From Harriotta raleighana (lineage: Eukaryota): 64,000 nt of DNA. Numbering within the stretch: position 1 is the stretch's first letter; every line of letters starts with the position of its first letter. The notes beneath the pieces were generated by a model. That model did no database searches. It saw nothing but the letters and a program-made list of their open reading frames with translations, and was not told where the DNA came from. Below, piece by piece: positions 61,991-64,000 of this stretch. The stretch spans positions 4,857,175 to 4,921,174 of the forward strand of contig JBNZDD010013689.1 in assembly GCA_050575255.1 (NCBI GenBank), given 5' to 3'. A program made the position numbers and the translations under genes.

Positions 61991-63201
61991 CCAAATCTCT
62001 TCATCCTGTTGTTTTTAACCTCTTCTCTCAAATTCAAAATAAATATATATACACATACATGCACAAAACAACAACACATTGCATATATACAGCATCTTTC
62101 CCAGTGCACTGGGTCAAAACAAGATTGAGTTGATTAAATGTGAACCACATGCTTTGTAGTTGTTGCTGGTGTAACAATACAAGAAGTGGTTTAAGCCAGA
62201 AAATCTGATGCACAGAATTAGGCCACTTGCTGTATGAGTTACATGTCACTGAACAACTGTAATTTGCACTTCAGGAATTTATTACTATATACCGAGCAGA
62301 CGTTTATCCAGCTTGATCCAAATTCATCGTGGTGCTCATTTGGAGCTCTGTCACCATTACAAGTGATTTTTATACTCAGTGTTGAGACATGCCCTTGAAT
62401 GGTGCTTTGGGACTTCAGCTTCTACCTTTGCCCAAGATGCCCAAACTGGCCATATGTACAAATGTAATATTTTTAGTATGTATCCCTTTTATTTCTTCTT
62501 TCAGGAACAGTGTTATAACCAGTCTGAGTGTATTATTAAAGAAAGGACTAGGCAGCCCTGTGGTACAGTGTGTTGGTGTATTTATGAGATGTGTCTTGGA
62601 AAGATTTTTAGCTGTATGTCTCCACACTTTATGCTCCTGAACTTATTTGGGAAAGGGGTGGATGAGCAAGGACTGGAGGAAAATAGAGGAGAAACCGAAT
62701 GATAAGTTAGCTAGAGATGTCTTTGTCCCTTAACTCCAGTTGCTGAACGTCCGGAGAACGATCCTGGAGATTTGGGGATCGGTCTCTCAAAAACTGGAGA
62801 AGGATACCATTTTTATTCTCTTCTATTTAAAATGGGAGAGTAACCATATTGTCAAAGCTCTCATCCAAACAGAATGTTAAATATTTTATGCCATTTATAG
62901 CTTCCGTATGTTAAAATGGAGAGAAGGAGAGCACAATCCAGAGGTGTTTGTATGGTTTGCTTTCACCAGTTACTGCAAGTATATATACCACAGTGCCTTC
63001 AGTCTATTTTAATATGGGATGCATATTATTACAAAAAGTGATTGGAGTGAATGTATTGTGAATGGAACAAGACTTTCACCTAACTTTTATCCTGGCATAC
63101 AGGTTAAACTGGACAAATCAGAACACATGTTTCTTCAGGTAACAACACTACGTTGCTGCTATTTTCAGCAGATCATGTCTGTATGAGGAGCACAATTTAA
63201 A

Positions 63202-63207
63202 AATAAA
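63202..63207 (+). terminator. Candidate STRADB polyA signal (another AATAAA at 62038-62043)
   Basis: AATAAA with downstream TGTTTGT/TTTGTTTTT. Confidence 0.4.
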
Positions 63208-63459
63208 TACTTAAATGAACACAATATAAATGTTTGTAGTACTTAGCCCTTTGTTTTTCCAACCAAGTGCTACATTTGGTCCTATTGAGTACAGTTTATG
63301 GGTGATTATACATCCAGGTTTGCCTATTTTATTTGGATGGATGATTCACAGTTACAAATCATCTGGACTGCAATCACCTTTTTAAAAAAAAAAGTCATTC
63401 TTCTTGAACTAATTACACTTTCAGTAGAATGATATGACAACAATATCAGCCTTCATGTG

Positions 63460-63764
63460 TCTCAGAGTATTTGAGCACTTGTTTTGCAAGTGAGAGACCT
63501 GGGCTCAATTCCAGGCAGGGCGAAACCTTGGGCAAGCTGCCTTACTCCACATACCTGATAATAATCCTTCCAAAAGAAATGTTAAAAATTGGTCATTTCA
63601 ATCCATGACTGTTTGTGGGACACTACTGTATGCAATTGCCTACTGCGTTTCCCCCACAAAATGTACAGTGAATTAACTTTACAGTATATTCTATGAAGTT
63701 CTTTGAGACTTCTACAAGATGTGAAAAGTGCTCTTAACAAATGCAAGGATTATTCTTTTATTAT
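63460..63764 (+). mobile_element. tRNA-derived SINE
   Basis: Same family. Confidence 0.88.
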
Positions 63765-63767
63765 GAA

Positions 63768-64000
63768 TAAATCTCAGGCTGCCAGATAAATTGCATCCGA
63801 GGATCCTCAAGGAACTAAGGGAGGAAGTCGCAGAAACACTGGTACAAATCTTTCAAAGATCACTGAATAGTGGAGAGATGTAAGGGGATTGTAGAAAGGC
63901 AGATTTTATTCCTATTTTTAAAAACACATAACAAAAGAAATTACAGACCAGTAAGTTTGATGTCCATTGGGGGTAAAACTATGGAGATGTATTAAGGATA
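63768..64000 (+). mobile_element. CR1 RT fragment running off the window
   Basis: PDKLHPRILKELREEVAETLVQIFQRSL...NYRPVSLMSIGGK. Confidence 0.8.

Overview
Vertebrate genomic DNA, most likely a cartilaginous fish. The organism call is an inference from the repeat content (tRNA/Deu-type SINEs, L2, CR1 and Penelope fragments); a chimaera such as Callorhinchus is plausible. The window holds two complete multi-exon genes arranged head-to-head around a CpG-rich bidirectional promoter at about 48.7-49.5 kb. TRAK2 (Milton-family kinesin/Miro adaptor) is on the - strand: 15 coding exons from 29389 down to 6493, 2733 nt, 910 aa by my exon assembly, with a probable ~5 kb 3'UTR. STRADB (STE20-related pseudokinase, LKB1 activator) is on the + strand: 11 coding exons 52635-61990, 1236 nt, 411 aa. 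All coding introns are GT-AG and intron phases join without frameshift. Introns are filled with one abundant ~300 bp tRNA-derived SINE family, older Deu-domain SINEs, L2 and CR1 LINE fragments, TA-flanked MITEs and a Penelope-like remnant. I found no novel protein-coding system. The best leads are non-coding: an inverted repeat pair bracketing STRADB exons 4-8 (circRNA candidate with a stop-free frame), a hammerhead-like motif in the Penelope remnant, a fold-back palindrome, candidate alternative promoters, uORFs, and an unusual STRADB catalytic loop. Repeat boundaries are read by eye and approximate.
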